From Haloquadratum walsbyi C23 (lineage in GTDB: Archaea > Halobacteriota > Halobacteria > Halobacteriales > Haloferacaceae): 32,000 nt of DNA. The notes under the pieces were generated by a model. The model searched no databases. It had not been told where the DNA came from and worked only from the letters and a program-made list of their open reading frames with translations. This document shows positions 17,169 through 25,998 of this stretch, one piece after another. Positions within the stretch are counted from its first letter, which is position 1. The number at the start of each line of letters is the position of its first letter. The translations under genes and the position numbers were made by a program. The DNA lies in assembly GCF_000237865.1 (NCBI RefSeq), contig NC_017459.1, positions 150,001 through 182,000 of the forward strand, read 5' to 3'.

Positions 17169-17294
17169 GGCGACATAGATTATATGGTACATACGGCTCC
17201 CGTCTAGCGATTATGATTGATTGTGCACGTCATCGGCATCGTCGCCGTTTGCATCCTCCGTCACACACTGTGGTGTTCGGTCCAAGTTAATACT

Positions 17295-17627
17295 ATGACT
17301 GTCCGACTTCGAGTACTTGATGATGGTGCATGGATATCCGTCAACGATCATAGAGAAGTAAGCGTAAGCGAACTTTGGCGGGTTGAAGCAACTGATTTTT
17401 GTTCATGTGATCTTGTTGATTTCGTTGTTGAAAATTTCCAAACAGTCGGTGTTAACGGTCAGACAATTGAAGTTATTGTCTATGGCCAATGTATCGCTTG
17501 TGGTGCAACCGGTGAGACCGAGTGGCTTCCAGTTGGTCGGGTCATAGACGGTGAATTCGCCGTATTTGATGAATCAACTGTTCGTCGAACACGGGAATCA
17601 AGAAAACCGGAAACAAATTCTGGTTAG
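17295..17627 (+). CDS. 110-aa hypothetical protein with a CxC...CxxC cysteine quartet, upstream of nirA
   Basis: MTVRLRVLDDGAW..ATDFCSCDLVDF..VYGQCIACGATGETEW is acidic. The stop lies 68 nt before the nirA ATG. The track also offers a TTG start at 17217, which would add a hydrophobic N-terminus. Confidence 0.55.
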   Translation: MTVRLRVLDDGAWISVNDHREVSVSELWRVEATDFCSCDLVDFVVENFQTVGVNGQTIEVIVYGQCIACGATGETEWLPVGRVIDGEFAVFDESTVRRTRESRKPETNSG

Positions 17628-17695
17628 CGGGAGCAGCGGGGAATGGTGACGAAACACTATCACCTATGTTCTTGTTCCTCGTTATTAATTCTATC

Positions 17696-19444
17696 ATGCC
17701 GACGGACGTCGAACGCTGGAAATCAGAGGTGTATGGGCAGGAAATACGCGAGCATCTCTTTGAGTTCGCTGAGGAGGGATATGATACAATCCCGGAGGAT
17801 GAACGAGATGCATGGTTTGAGCGGTTCAAATGGTGGGGTCTTTACCATCAGCGAAACGGACAAGAAGGTTACTTTATGATGCGGATCGGGACACCAAACG
17901 GTGTCATGAAGCCTGGTCAGCTTCGCGTAGTCGGTGAAATTGCATCCGAATATGCCACTGGTCCTGGTGTGAATCCAATATTCGGTGATGGATACGCTGA
18001 TTTCACAACGCGACAGTCAATCCAACTTCACTGGATTGAATTATCAGATATCCCGGATATCTTCGAGAAGCTTGAAGAAAACGGGCTTTCGACACAACAG
18101 GCATGCGGTGACTCATGGCGAAATATTGTTGGAAATCCTGTTGCCGGTAAGGATGCACGTGAGGTTATCGATGCATGGCCAGTCATTCATGATCTCAATG
18201 AGACATTCAAGGGGAATGATGATCATTCCAATCTGCCACGAAAATGGAAGGTTTCTGTTACCGGTACGCCTGATGGTTCCGGTCAAGGCGATATCAACGA
18301 CCTTGCGTTTGAACCAGCCTACAAAACGATTGATGGTGAGGAGACTGTTGGATTCAACGTTCGTGTTGGAGGCGGTCTTGCTCGTAACGAGCCACGATTT
18401 GCTCGTGACATCGATGTTTGGGTCCCTCCAGCGGATGTGTCAACAGTCGCAGGTGGACTTTCAGCGTTATTCCGAGATAACGGCGATCGTGAAGATCGAT
18501 ATAACGCCCGTATCAAGTTCCTTGTCGACGAGTGGGGTGCAGACAAAGTTCGTGAGACACTCCAATCGGAGTATGTTGACTTCGAGTTACACACGGCTGG
18601 ACGTGACGTTCGAGAGGAATACACATATAATACCGGAGATGGTGACCGCAATGACCTGATTGGGGTACATGAACAGCACGACGGATCATACTTTATTGGA
18701 TTGAATGTCCTTGTTGGGCGAATGGGAGCATCTGATGTGCTTGAACTCGCTGATCTCGCCTCTGAATACGGGTCTGGTGAAGTTCGACTCTCTCAGCGAC
18801 AGAATATCATCGTTACGGATATTCCAAAGGATGCTGTTGATGAATTCACGAGTGAGCAACTTCTCGAAAATTACTCACCAGATCCATCTCCATTCATGCG
18901 GGGATCTGTTGCCTGCACAGGTACTGAATTCTGTTCGTTATCCATTGTCGAGACAAAGAACCGACAAGTTCGATACGCTCGATGGCTCAAGGACAATGTC
19001 ACGCTTCCGGGTGACGTTGACGAGTTTCATATCCACCTATCAGGATGCACTGCTTCCTGTGCACAACCACAGATTGCAGATATCAGCCTTCGAGGGATGA
19101 AAACGCGCAAGAATGGGGAGCCTGTTGAGGCTCTCGATGTTGGTCTTGGCGGTGGACTTGGTGCAGAGCCACAGTTCGCACGCTGGGTGACCCAACGTGT
19201 TCCTGTTGATGAGATTCCCGGTGCAATCTCAAATCTGATTGAAACATTCGCTGCTGAGCGTAACGATGACGAATCATTCCGTGCGTTCATCGATAGACAT
19301 GATAATGATGAGCTTGATTCATTTGTTGCGCCTGAGGAGACCGATTATGAGGATCCAATGATGCACAATACCAAGCGTACGTGGTATCCATATGCAGAGA
19401 ATGACGGTCTTGATGCCGGACCATCTGCACCCGCGGACGACTAA
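17696..19444 (+). CDS. nirA: Ferredoxin-dependent assimilatory nitrite/sulfite reductase (siroheme/[4Fe-4S], NirA/Sir family)
   Basis: It contains FKWWGLYHQR, FMMRIGTPNG, TTRQSIQLHW, and the cluster cysteines CTGTEFCSLSIVETK and LSGCTASCAQPQIADI. Nitrite versus sulfite specificity cannot be decided by eye. The ATG is at 17696 (MPTDVERWK). Confidence 0.8.
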   Translation: MPTDVERWKSEVYGQEIREHLFEFAEEGYDTIPEDERDAWFERFKWWGLYHQRNGQEGYFMMRIGTPNGVMKPGQLRVVGEIASEYATGPGVNPIFGDGYADFTTRQSIQLHWIELSDIPDIFEKLEENGLSTQQACGDSWRNIVGNPVAGKDAREVIDAWPVIHDLNETFKGNDDHSNLPRKWKVSVTGTPDGSGQGDINDLAFEPAYKTIDGEETVGFNVRVGGGLARNEPRFARDIDVWVPPADVSTVAGGLSALFRDNGDREDRYNARIKFLVDEWGADKVRETLQSEYVDFELHTAGRDVREEYTYNTGDGDRNDLIGVHEQHDGSYFIGLNVLVGRMGASDVLELADLASEYGSGEVRLSQRQNIIVTDIPKDAVDEFTSEQLLENYSPDPSPFMRGSVACTGTEFCSLSIVETKNRQVRYARWLKDNVTLPGDVDEFHIHLSGCTASCAQPQIADISLRGMKTRKNGEPVEALDVGLGGGLGAEPQFARWVTQRVPVDEIPGAISNLIETFAAERNDDESFRAFIDRHDNDELDSFVAPEETDYEDPMMHNTKRTWYPYAENDGLDAGPSAPADD

Positions 19445-19449
19445 CACGA

Positions 19450-19749
19450 ATGAGTGATCGACTCCTCCGCGTGAACGCATACACAACACTCGACCTCGCC
19501 GATGTCCGTGCCCGTGGACATGACTTTGACGTAAATACGCTTGGCGTTGTAAACGTTACCGCGCCACGAAAAAACCCGGATCATGTGACGCTTCAGGTTG
19601 AAATTGATCATACAACTGTTGAAATGCTTCCTGCCCATGCCGATGAAGTCACACTGTCAGCCTCAGAAGCTCGCACAATTGCTGATGATTTACACTCATA
19701 CGCTGATCGCGTTGAGAACGCACAATCATCGGGCTCAGATGACGCATAA
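19450..19749 (+). CDS. 99-aa acidic hypothetical protein coupled to nirA
   Basis: It starts 5 nt after the nirA stop and has an acidic, halophile-like composition. I recognise no motif. Confidence 0.55.
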   Translation: MSDRLLRVNAYTTLDLADVRARGHDFDVNTLGVVNVTAPRKNPDHVTLQVEIDHTTVEMLPAHADEVTLSASEARTIADDLHSYADRVENAQSSGSDDA

Positions 19750-19994
19750 AGTGACCGAGTAGATTAACTGGGTCATATTACTTCAGAAACATTTTGCATG
19801 TAACTTTTTGTCCGACATGCTTCTCTAGCGCTCATTTCGAGACATTATCGAAGTATATCAACAGGGCTAATTCCCACGGTGAATTTAATCTAATATATTT
19901 TGAAATCAATTCTCGTTCACGACTAATATTGCAGTAGTACATTATAATGTAAACCAATTTAACTTTTGAATCAGTTGTTATGGGCGGTCATATG

Positions 19995-20012
19995 TTTATA
20001 ATCAAAACTAAA
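19995..20012 (+). promoter_or_regulatory. Promoter/operator motif tttataatcaaaactaaa upstream of the Lrp-TRASH regulator
   Basis: It is 17/18 identical to 20680-20697 upstream of copA and includes a TATA-like tttataa. Related ttgaaatcaa (19899-19908) and ttgaatca (19966-19973) lie further upstream. Confidence 0.5.
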
Positions 20013-20048
20013 AGTCGAGATGTCGTTTCATCGGCTAGATTAATAAAT

Positions 20049-20642
20049 ATGCTTGATGAGACCGATATCCAGATTCTTGAACTCCTTATCGAGGACGCTC
20101 GTCGCTCATACACCGACATCGCTCAAGTAGTCAATCTCTCCCCACCAGCAGTCTCAGACCGAATTGATCGTTTAGGTGAGTCTGGTGTTATCCGTCGGTT
20201 TACTGTTGAACTTGATCGATCACAACTCCGTGCTGGTGTCCCTATTTTGGTAACTCTCCGACCGTTGACATCCGCGGCTGACTCGGTCTACTCTGCCGTT
20301 CGTGAATCTCCGAAAGTTGAACACACATTTATGACCGCAAATAATACTATTACATTCTCTGCTCATGTCCGTGGAGACCGCGTTCGCGCCGCAATTAACG
20401 ATATTGTCGACCCTTCACGGATTGATAGCTATGATGTCAGTATCGTTGACACTGCTGAATGGAGCCCCACCGTCGGCGAGACCGAATTCGCCCTATCATG
20501 CGCTGAGTGTGGCAATACCGTTACCACCGAGGGGCGTAGTGAACAAATTGGCGGCACAAAACGACAGTTTTGCTGCCCATCATGCTTAGACCGCTTTCGC
20601 AAACGATATAACCGAATTGAGGCTGATGCTGATACCCGATAA
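20049..20642 (+). CDS. Lrp/AsnC-family transcription regulator with a C-terminal TRASH metal-binding domain
   Basis: MLDETDIQILELLIEDARRSYTDIAQVVNLSPPAVSDRIDRLGESGVI is an AsnC-type HTH. CAECGNTV..(19)..FCCPSCLDRF is a TRASH Cys motif. It lies directly upstream of copA. Confidence 0.8.
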   Translation: MLDETDIQILELLIEDARRSYTDIAQVVNLSPPAVSDRIDRLGESGVIRRFTVELDRSQLRAGVPILVTLRPLTSAADSVYSAVRESPKVEHTFMTANNTITFSAHVRGDRVRAAINDIVDPSRIDSYDVSIVDTAEWSPTVGETEFALSCAECGNTVTTEGRSEQIGGTKRQFCCPSCLDRFRKRYNRIEADADTR

Positions 20643-20679
20643 AAAACTAATGCTGGGAGTGATGATGTACAATAATAAC

Positions 20680-20697
20680 TTTAGAATCAAAACTAAA
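20680..20697 (+). promoter_or_regulatory. Promoter/operator motif tttagaatcaaaactaaa upstream of copA
   Basis: See 19995-20012: the match is 17/18 identical, in the same orientation. Confidence 0.5.
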
Positions 20698-20762
20698 CGA
20701 CCACTGATACCCCGGATTTGAAAAGGGAAATCGTGGTAAGCATAGACACCGTATATATCAAT

Positions 20763-23591
20763 ATGCCCACTCAGAGCACACGCATTGATATCGCGGGGAT
20801 GTCTTGTGCTACTTGTTCACAATCGGTTCAAGATGCACTATCATCGCTTAGCGGTGTCGAAACGGTCTCAGTTAATGTTGCGACGGATGAAGCAGCAGTG
20901 ACGCATGACCCAACCACAGTTTCTGTTAAGCAATTGTATGATACAATTTCGTCTGCTGGTTATGACCCGCTTGATGAACGCGCCTCAATCGGCATCACAG
21001 ATCTTTCATGTTCGTCCTGTGCGCAAACAGTCGAGAGTGCACTTGAATCGGCTTCTGGTGTCCTCACCGCAGATGTCAACGCGGCAATTGATGAAGCACA
21101 AATTCAATATAATCCTGCTATGATGGCGAGGAGTGATCTTGCAGATATTATCACTAGCGCAGGATACACGCCGATTGCTGATGGATCAAATCCTCGAAAT
21201 AGTCATGATGTAAGTACAGAAAACAACAGTAATGATACTGATATAAACACCGAGAGCGACAATACCGACGCTCGTGAAACTGCCCGGACGGCAGAAATAG
21301 ACCGTCAACGTCGACTCACAATTTTCGGTGCAGTTCTCGCAACGCCGCTTGTTGGGTTTCTTTTAGCGCATCTTTTTATGCCAAATGCAATTCCGGCAAC
21401 AATCCCATATCTAGACATTCCATTTGGGTGGGTTGCTTTTGTTCTCGCGACACCTATCCAATTAGTGTTAGGTCGAGAGTTCTATGAGAATAGCTACACC
21501 GCAGTTGTACGTAACCGAACGGCGAATATGGATGTGCTAATTGCGCTCGGATCCTCAACCGCATATCTATACTCTGTGGTTGCCCTCCTTGACATTCTTC
21601 CGCAGGCAGGATTGTATTTCGACACTGCTGCACTTATCTTAGTGTTCATTACACTTGGAAACTATCTTGAGGCTCGCTCAAAGGGGCAGGCATCATCAGC
21701 ACTTCGGGCACTTCTTGAAATGGAAGCTGATACTGCAACGATTATTGAAGATAACACCGAGCAAACTATTCCCGTCTCCGATATCACCGTTGGTGATCAG
21801 CTACGGGTTCGCCCTGGTGAGCAAATCCCTACTGATGGCGCCGTTATTGAGGGATCCTCCGCAGTTGATGAGTCGATGGTAACTGGTGAGTCTGTCCCAG
21901 TATCAAAGAGCCCCGGAGATACTGTTGTTGGCTCAACCGTCAATCAAAATGGTGTAATTACTATTGAAGCAACAAAGATTGGCTCTGATACCGCAATACA
22001 ACAAATTGTCCAAACAGTCAAAGAGGCACAATCACGCCAGCCAGATATTCAACAATTCGCTGATCGTATTTCTGCATACTTTGTTCCTGCAGTAATCCTC
22101 AATGCGGTTGTTTGGGCATTATTATGGTTTGCTTTCCCGTCAACATTAGCGAGTCTTACTGAATTCATTCCAGCAATTGGTATTATCGCTGGTGGACCAG
22201 TTGTTGCTGGCGGCACCGTTTCAACGGTTGAATTCGCCGTTCTTGTGTTTGCCTCTGCAGTTCTTATCGCCTGCCCTTGTGCGCTTGGTCTTGCAACCCC
22301 AGCAGCAACGATGGTCGGAACGACAATCGGTGCAAAAAATGGTATCTTATTTGAGGGGGGTGACGTATTAGAGCGTGTTCGAGATATTGACACTGTTGTA
22401 TTTGATAAGACGGGAACGTTGACGACAGGTGAAATGTCCGTCACGGATGTTATTGCCCTCAATCCACAGACAGATGGTGGACAACTAGACTCAGAAAATA
22501 ATGGCTTGCTCGACTCAAATACACGCTCTTCGGGTGCATCCATAGACACAGATTCGGATGCAGACGTAGACGCAGAAATAAAAACAAAGACAGATATAGA
22601 TCCAGATCCAGATCTCGTGAGAACCCCTCGTGAGATGGCTGTTCTTCGCCTTGCGGCTTCCGCTGAGCAAAACAGTGAACACCCATTGGGAGACGCAATT
22701 GTTAGTGCAGCTCGCAAGTGTGATCTCAATATCCCTACGGCGACAGAGTTCAATGCAATTCCTGGACAGGGTGTCCGCGCGACTGTTGATCAACAAACCG
22801 TCATTGTCGGAAACGACCGACTTCTGAAGAATGCAGGTATTGACATCGACCCTGCAGCGTCGACACTTCGTGAACTCGAATCCAATGGTAAAACCGCGAT
22901 GCTTGTTGGCGTCATTGATAACCCAGATGTCTCGATTCTCGATGATACTGATACTGATACTGAGATAACCGATACCCGACGCCTTGTTGGTGTTATTGCT
23001 GATGCGGACACAATCAAAGATTCTGCCATGGATGCGGTTGAAACTCTGCGTGCCCGCGGAACAAATGTTCATCTCATCACAGGAGATAACGAACGAACCG
23101 CGAAAGCAGTCGCGAGTCAGGTTGGTATTGACCCCGAGAATGTCCGCGCAGAGGTCCTTCCAGAAGCGAAAGCCGATGCCGTTGAGACAATCCAATCAGC
23201 GGAAGACAGCCGGGTGATGATGGTCGGTGATGGTGTTAATGATGCACCGGCACTTGCGGCGGCGTTCGTCGGAACTGCACTCGGTTCTGGAACTGATGTT
23301 GCTATTGAAGCAGCCGAAGTAACACTCATGCGAGATTCCCCTGCTGATGTCGTTCACGCTATCCGAATTTCTGAGGGCACTCTTTCAAAGATCAAACAAA
23401 ATCTGTTTTGGGCACTTGGATACAACACTGCGATGATCCCTCTTGCGTCACTTGGATTATTACAGCCCGTCCTCGCTGCTGGGGCAATGGCGCTCTCATC
23501 GGTCTCAGTCCTTACAAATAGTCTCCTATTCAGAGGATATGACCCAAATAGTCGATATCGCTTTCTCAACTCACTCCGTCGAAATAAATGA
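20763..23591 (+). CDS. copA: Copper-translocating P1B-type ATPase with two N-terminal HMA domains
   Basis: Motifs present: [11 protein letters not shown] and [11 protein letters not shown] (HMA), [23 protein letters not shown] and [10 protein letters not shown]. It contains long acidic low-complexity inserts. The ATG is at 20763. Confidence 0.9.
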   Translation: MPTQSTRIDIAGMSCATCSQSVQDALSSLSGVETVSVNVATDEAAVTHDPTTVSVKQLYDTISSAGYDPLDERASIGITDLSCSSCAQTVESALESASGVLTADVNAAIDEAQIQYNPAMMARSDLADIITSAGYTPIADGSNPRNSHDVSTENNSNDTDINTESDNTDARETARTAEIDRQRRLTIFGAVLATPLVGFLLAHLFMPNAIPATIPYLDIPFGWVAFVLATPIQLVLGREFYENSYTAVVRNRTANMDVLIALGSSTAYLYSVVALLDILPQAGLYFDTAALILVFITLGNYLEARSKGQASSALRALLEMEADTATIIEDNTEQTIPVSDITVGDQLRVRPGEQIPTDGAVIEGSSAVDESMVTGESVPVSKSPGDTVVGSTVNQNGVITIEATKIGSDTAIQQIVQTVKEAQSRQPDIQQFADRISAYFVPAVILNAVVWALLWFAFPSTLASLTEFIPAIGIIAGGPVVAGGTVSTVEFAVLVFASAVLIACPCALGLATPAATMVGTTIGAKNGILFEGGDVLERVRDIDTVVFDKTGTLTTGEMSVTDVIALNPQTDGGQLDSENNGLLDSNTRSSGASIDTDSDADVDAEIKTKTDIDPDPDLVRTPREMAVLRLAASAEQNSEHPLGDAIVSAARKCDLNIPTATEFNAIPGQGVRATVDQQTVIVGNDRLLKNAGIDIDPAASTLRELESNGKTAMLVGVIDNPDVSILDDTDTDTEITDTRRLVGVIADADTIKDSAMDAVETLRARGTNVHLITGDNERTAKAVASQVGIDPENVRAEVLPEAKADAVETIQSAEDSRVMMVGDGVNDAPALAAAFVGTALGSGTDVAIEAAEVTLMRDSPADVVHAIRISEGTLSKIKQNLFWALGYNTAMIPLASLGLLQPVLAAGAMALSSVSVLTNSLLFRGYDPNSRYRFLNSLRRNK

Positions 23592-23655
23592 TGGATCTAT
23601 ATCTCGCTGATTCCCCTAGTTAACGCATATTATATATCACTATAGTTTATAGATT

Positions 23656-23708
23656 GTTCAAAACGAGTATCACAGACTACATGTAACTCGTATATTGTAG
23701 TTTTGAAC
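23656..23708. terminator. Inverted repeat between the convergent copA and flavoprotein genes
   Basis: gttcaaaac (23656-23664) pairs with gttttgaac (23700-23708), and an inner acgagt/actcgt pair also forms. The role as a bidirectional terminator is inferred only. Confidence 0.3.
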
Positions 23709-23730
23709 GTTACATGCCCTGAGCACTTCA

Positions 23731-25158
23731 CTACAATTTTCCGTTTAATACTTTTGCAGCGACGAGGACAGGATCCCATACTGGACTGAATGGGGGTGCG
23801 TATCCGAGATCCTGCTGTTCAAGTTCGCCAACAGTCATCCCAGCACCAAGCGCTGTCGCAATAGTATTGATGCGAACAGCGGCACGGTCAGCTCCAACAA
23901 GACTGCCACCGAGTAGCTGACCACTCTCTTGATCAGCGGTAAGCGTGACTGTTGTTTCCTCAGCACCTGGATAATATCCAGAGCGTGACCCAGCGGTGAT
24001 TGTCTTCGTGATGGGATCAAATCCAGCTGCTTCTGCTCGGTCATGGTCAAGCACTCCCGTTCGTCCACAGCCGACTTCAAATGCTTTTAACATTGCCGTC
24101 TCAGCGACATGACCAACCTGTGTTGGCGACCCACCGACTGTGGCTCCGATTGCCCGTCCTGCCCGGTTTGCTGGAAGTCCAAGTGGACTCCATGTAGTTT
24201 CACCTGTGACGATCTGTTTGAGTTCAGCAACGTCTCCAGCTGCATATACATTCTCAACGTTTGTCTGTCCATATTCATCTACTGCGACTGCCCCAGCTGT
24301 TCCAAGCTCAATTGATGTCTCTGTGAGTAATTCGACATTTGGACGGATTCCAATCCCGATGAGTACAGCATCAACATTGAGTCGGTTTCCGCCTCCATAG
24401 ACAATATCATCTAGCTGCCCGTCCGTCTCAGTAAGTCGATCAACTTCCTTGTTAAGATGAAGCGTTACGCCTGCTTTTTTTAATGTTGAGGCAATGACAT
24501 CGCCAACTGCTGTCCCAAATGCGGGTAACAGCCGCTCTGGTCGCTGAAAGAGATGTACTGCGCAATCCCATGCACTGAATGCCTCAGCCATTTCTACGCC
24601 GACATATCCACCACCAACGATTGCAATTGTCTCTGGCGGTTGCATTGCCCCATACTGTTCAGCGACTGATGTCGTGAGCGCAGCTCCGCCACCTAGATTA
24701 GCACTATCGAACTCCGCTGGTGGTGTCAGGAACGACCGAAGTGCGGTCGCATCAGGCAATCCATGAAGCGTAAAGACCGTATCAAGATCAGCTCCCTCAA
24801 TGGGCGCTGATATGGCGCGTGCTCCAGTCGCAATCAGTAGTTCCTCATATGGGTATTCGAAGGATTCGCCATTATTCACCACAGTTATGACATCGGATCT
24901 GGTATCGATCGCAGTTACCTCGTGATCTCGTCGAAAATCAATTCCTCGCTCCTCAATATCACGGGGTGAGAGTGACTGCAAATCCCTAAGGTGTTCAACG
25001 TCGCCTTTGATAAAGTACGGTGTTCCACAGTGTGCGTATGAAACCCACGACCCCTGCTCAAAGACGACCACATCCCGCGCTGGTGACTCCCGTCGATATT
25101 TACTTGCGGCTGATAATCCTGCAGCGTCACCACCAATTACGACGAATGGATCCGTCAT
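23731..25158 (-). CDS. FAD-dependent pyridine nucleotide-disulfide oxidoreductase, CoA-disulfide reductase / NADH oxidase type
   Basis: VVIGGDAAGLSAA (FAD site), SYAHCGTPYFI (single redox Cys, as in the SxxxCGLPY of Nox/CoADR) and IVGGGYVGVEMAE (NAD site). Confidence 0.8.
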   Translation of the reverse strand: MTDPFVVIGGDAAGLSAASKYRRESPARDVVVFEQGSWVSYAHCGTPYFIKGDVEHLRDLQSLSPRDIEERGIDFRRDHEVTAIDTRSDVITVVNNGESFEYPYEELLIATGARAISAPIEGADLDTVFTLHGLPDATALRSFLTPPAEFDSANLGGGAALTTSVAEQYGAMQPPETIAIVGGGYVGVEMAEAFSAWDCAVHLFQRPERLLPAFGTAVGDVIASTLKKAGVTLHLNKEVDRLTETDGQLDDIVYGGGNRLNVDAVLIGIGIRPNVELLTETSIELGTAGAVAVDEYGQTNVENVYAAGDVAELKQIVTGETTWSPLGLPANRAGRAIGATVGGSPTQVGHVAETAMLKAFEVGCGRTGVLDHDRAEAAGFDPITKTITAGSRSGYYPGAEETTVTLTADQESGQLLGGSLVGADRAAVRINTIATALGAGMTVGELEQQDLGYAPPFSPVWDPVLVAAKVLNGKL

Positions 25159-25346
25159 GTGATATTGTCACTGTGCAATCAACGGATAGGTTTTGGGGGA
25201 GCGCATTTTATGTGCACACATAGATCATTTAATTATTATCGTTTAAGAAAAAACTGCCAATCTCAGTCGCTATGAGAGATTATACAGGGTCAAGGAGAAT
25301 ACCTGCGGGTTCAGCCGCAGGATAAATCCGACACCCCGGAGGAAAT

Positions 25347-25965
25347 CTACGCTGCAATAGCCACGCTCAGATTTGGGACTCCGGAGCTTGAACTGACAGG
25401 CAGTCCCATATTTATGTAGGAATCAGATCGGGAACAGGGCAGGGCGATTCCGGTCACTCCGACGATGGCTGCTTCGCAACCCCAAGCAATGATAGTGATT
25501 AGTTTGAATAGTTTCACTGACGGTGTCGAATGATGCGGATTCAGCGGCTCCCATCGCCGGCACCGATAATCACGGCGGTAAAGACTTGCACGAATCACTA
25601 TGAGACAGGAATCGGAACCAGTCAGGCGAACGGTCGGTTCATATAATATACTGAGCCGATGCAGATGCAGATGCAGTGCCCGACTGCCTGACAACACCGC
25701 AGAAAGCAACTTCGAGTCCACCGAAGTCTGCCGAACTCCCCAAGGTAAAATCAACTCCGGGAGTCCGGACACGATGGAGGATAGGAATACCGGGGGCTGA
25801 GATGTGGCACTCCCAGCGCTCCCAGCAGTCCCACTCGACTCGCCACAGTCCGTGAACCCCACACGGATTCTCACCGTGCCGGGGTTCGGTGGAACTGCAA
25901 CCCTGAAATCTCCATCATTCACGCTCACACTCACGCTCAAGATTCCTCCGCGTTTACGTGGAGGA
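25347..25965 (-). repeat. Long copy (B) of the dispersed element family; it contains a 197-codon non-acidic ORF (TTG/GTG start)
   Basis: Its 5' and 3' blocks match copy A (see 12633-12839). The leading hairpin cctccacg-taaa-cgcggagg is at 25945-25964. Its 3' module is duplicated internally (ggagtgccaca..gtattcctatcc versus ggagtgaccgg..tgattcctacat). A (GATGCA)3 microsatellite lies at 25658-25675. Confidence 0.8.
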
Positions 25966-25998
25966 GAATGTCAATGGGTGATTCAATATAATTTACTT

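Noticed and set aside
17985-18659. A 224-aa alternative-frame ORF inside nirA
   Set aside because: It is out of frame within a well-supported reductase gene, and is basic and Met/Leu/Arg-rich.
22049-23195. Long minus-strand ORFs inside copA (22049..22753, 234 aa; 22515..23195, 226 aa)
   Set aside because: They are antisense to an unambiguous P-type ATPase, are Ser/Arg/Cys-rich and non-acidic, and show no motifs.
25640-25690. ALHLHLHRL in the 197-codon ORF as an HUH nuclease motif (IS200/rolling-circle type)
   Set aside because: The peptide comes from a (GATGCA)3 hexanucleotide microsatellite. There is no surrounding IS200-like context and no catalytic Tyr motif.
25347-25965. The element could be RNase P RNA, SRP RNA or an ORF-less group II intron
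   Set aside because: It has ggaggaatc rather than the RNase P CR-I gaggaaagtcc, and no acagaacccggctta-like CR-V. I found no SRP helix-8 ggaag..agca motif. The boundaries carry no GUGYG/AY and no domain-V-like 14-bp bulged hairpin. The multi-copy, variable-length nature also argues against a housekeeping RNA.
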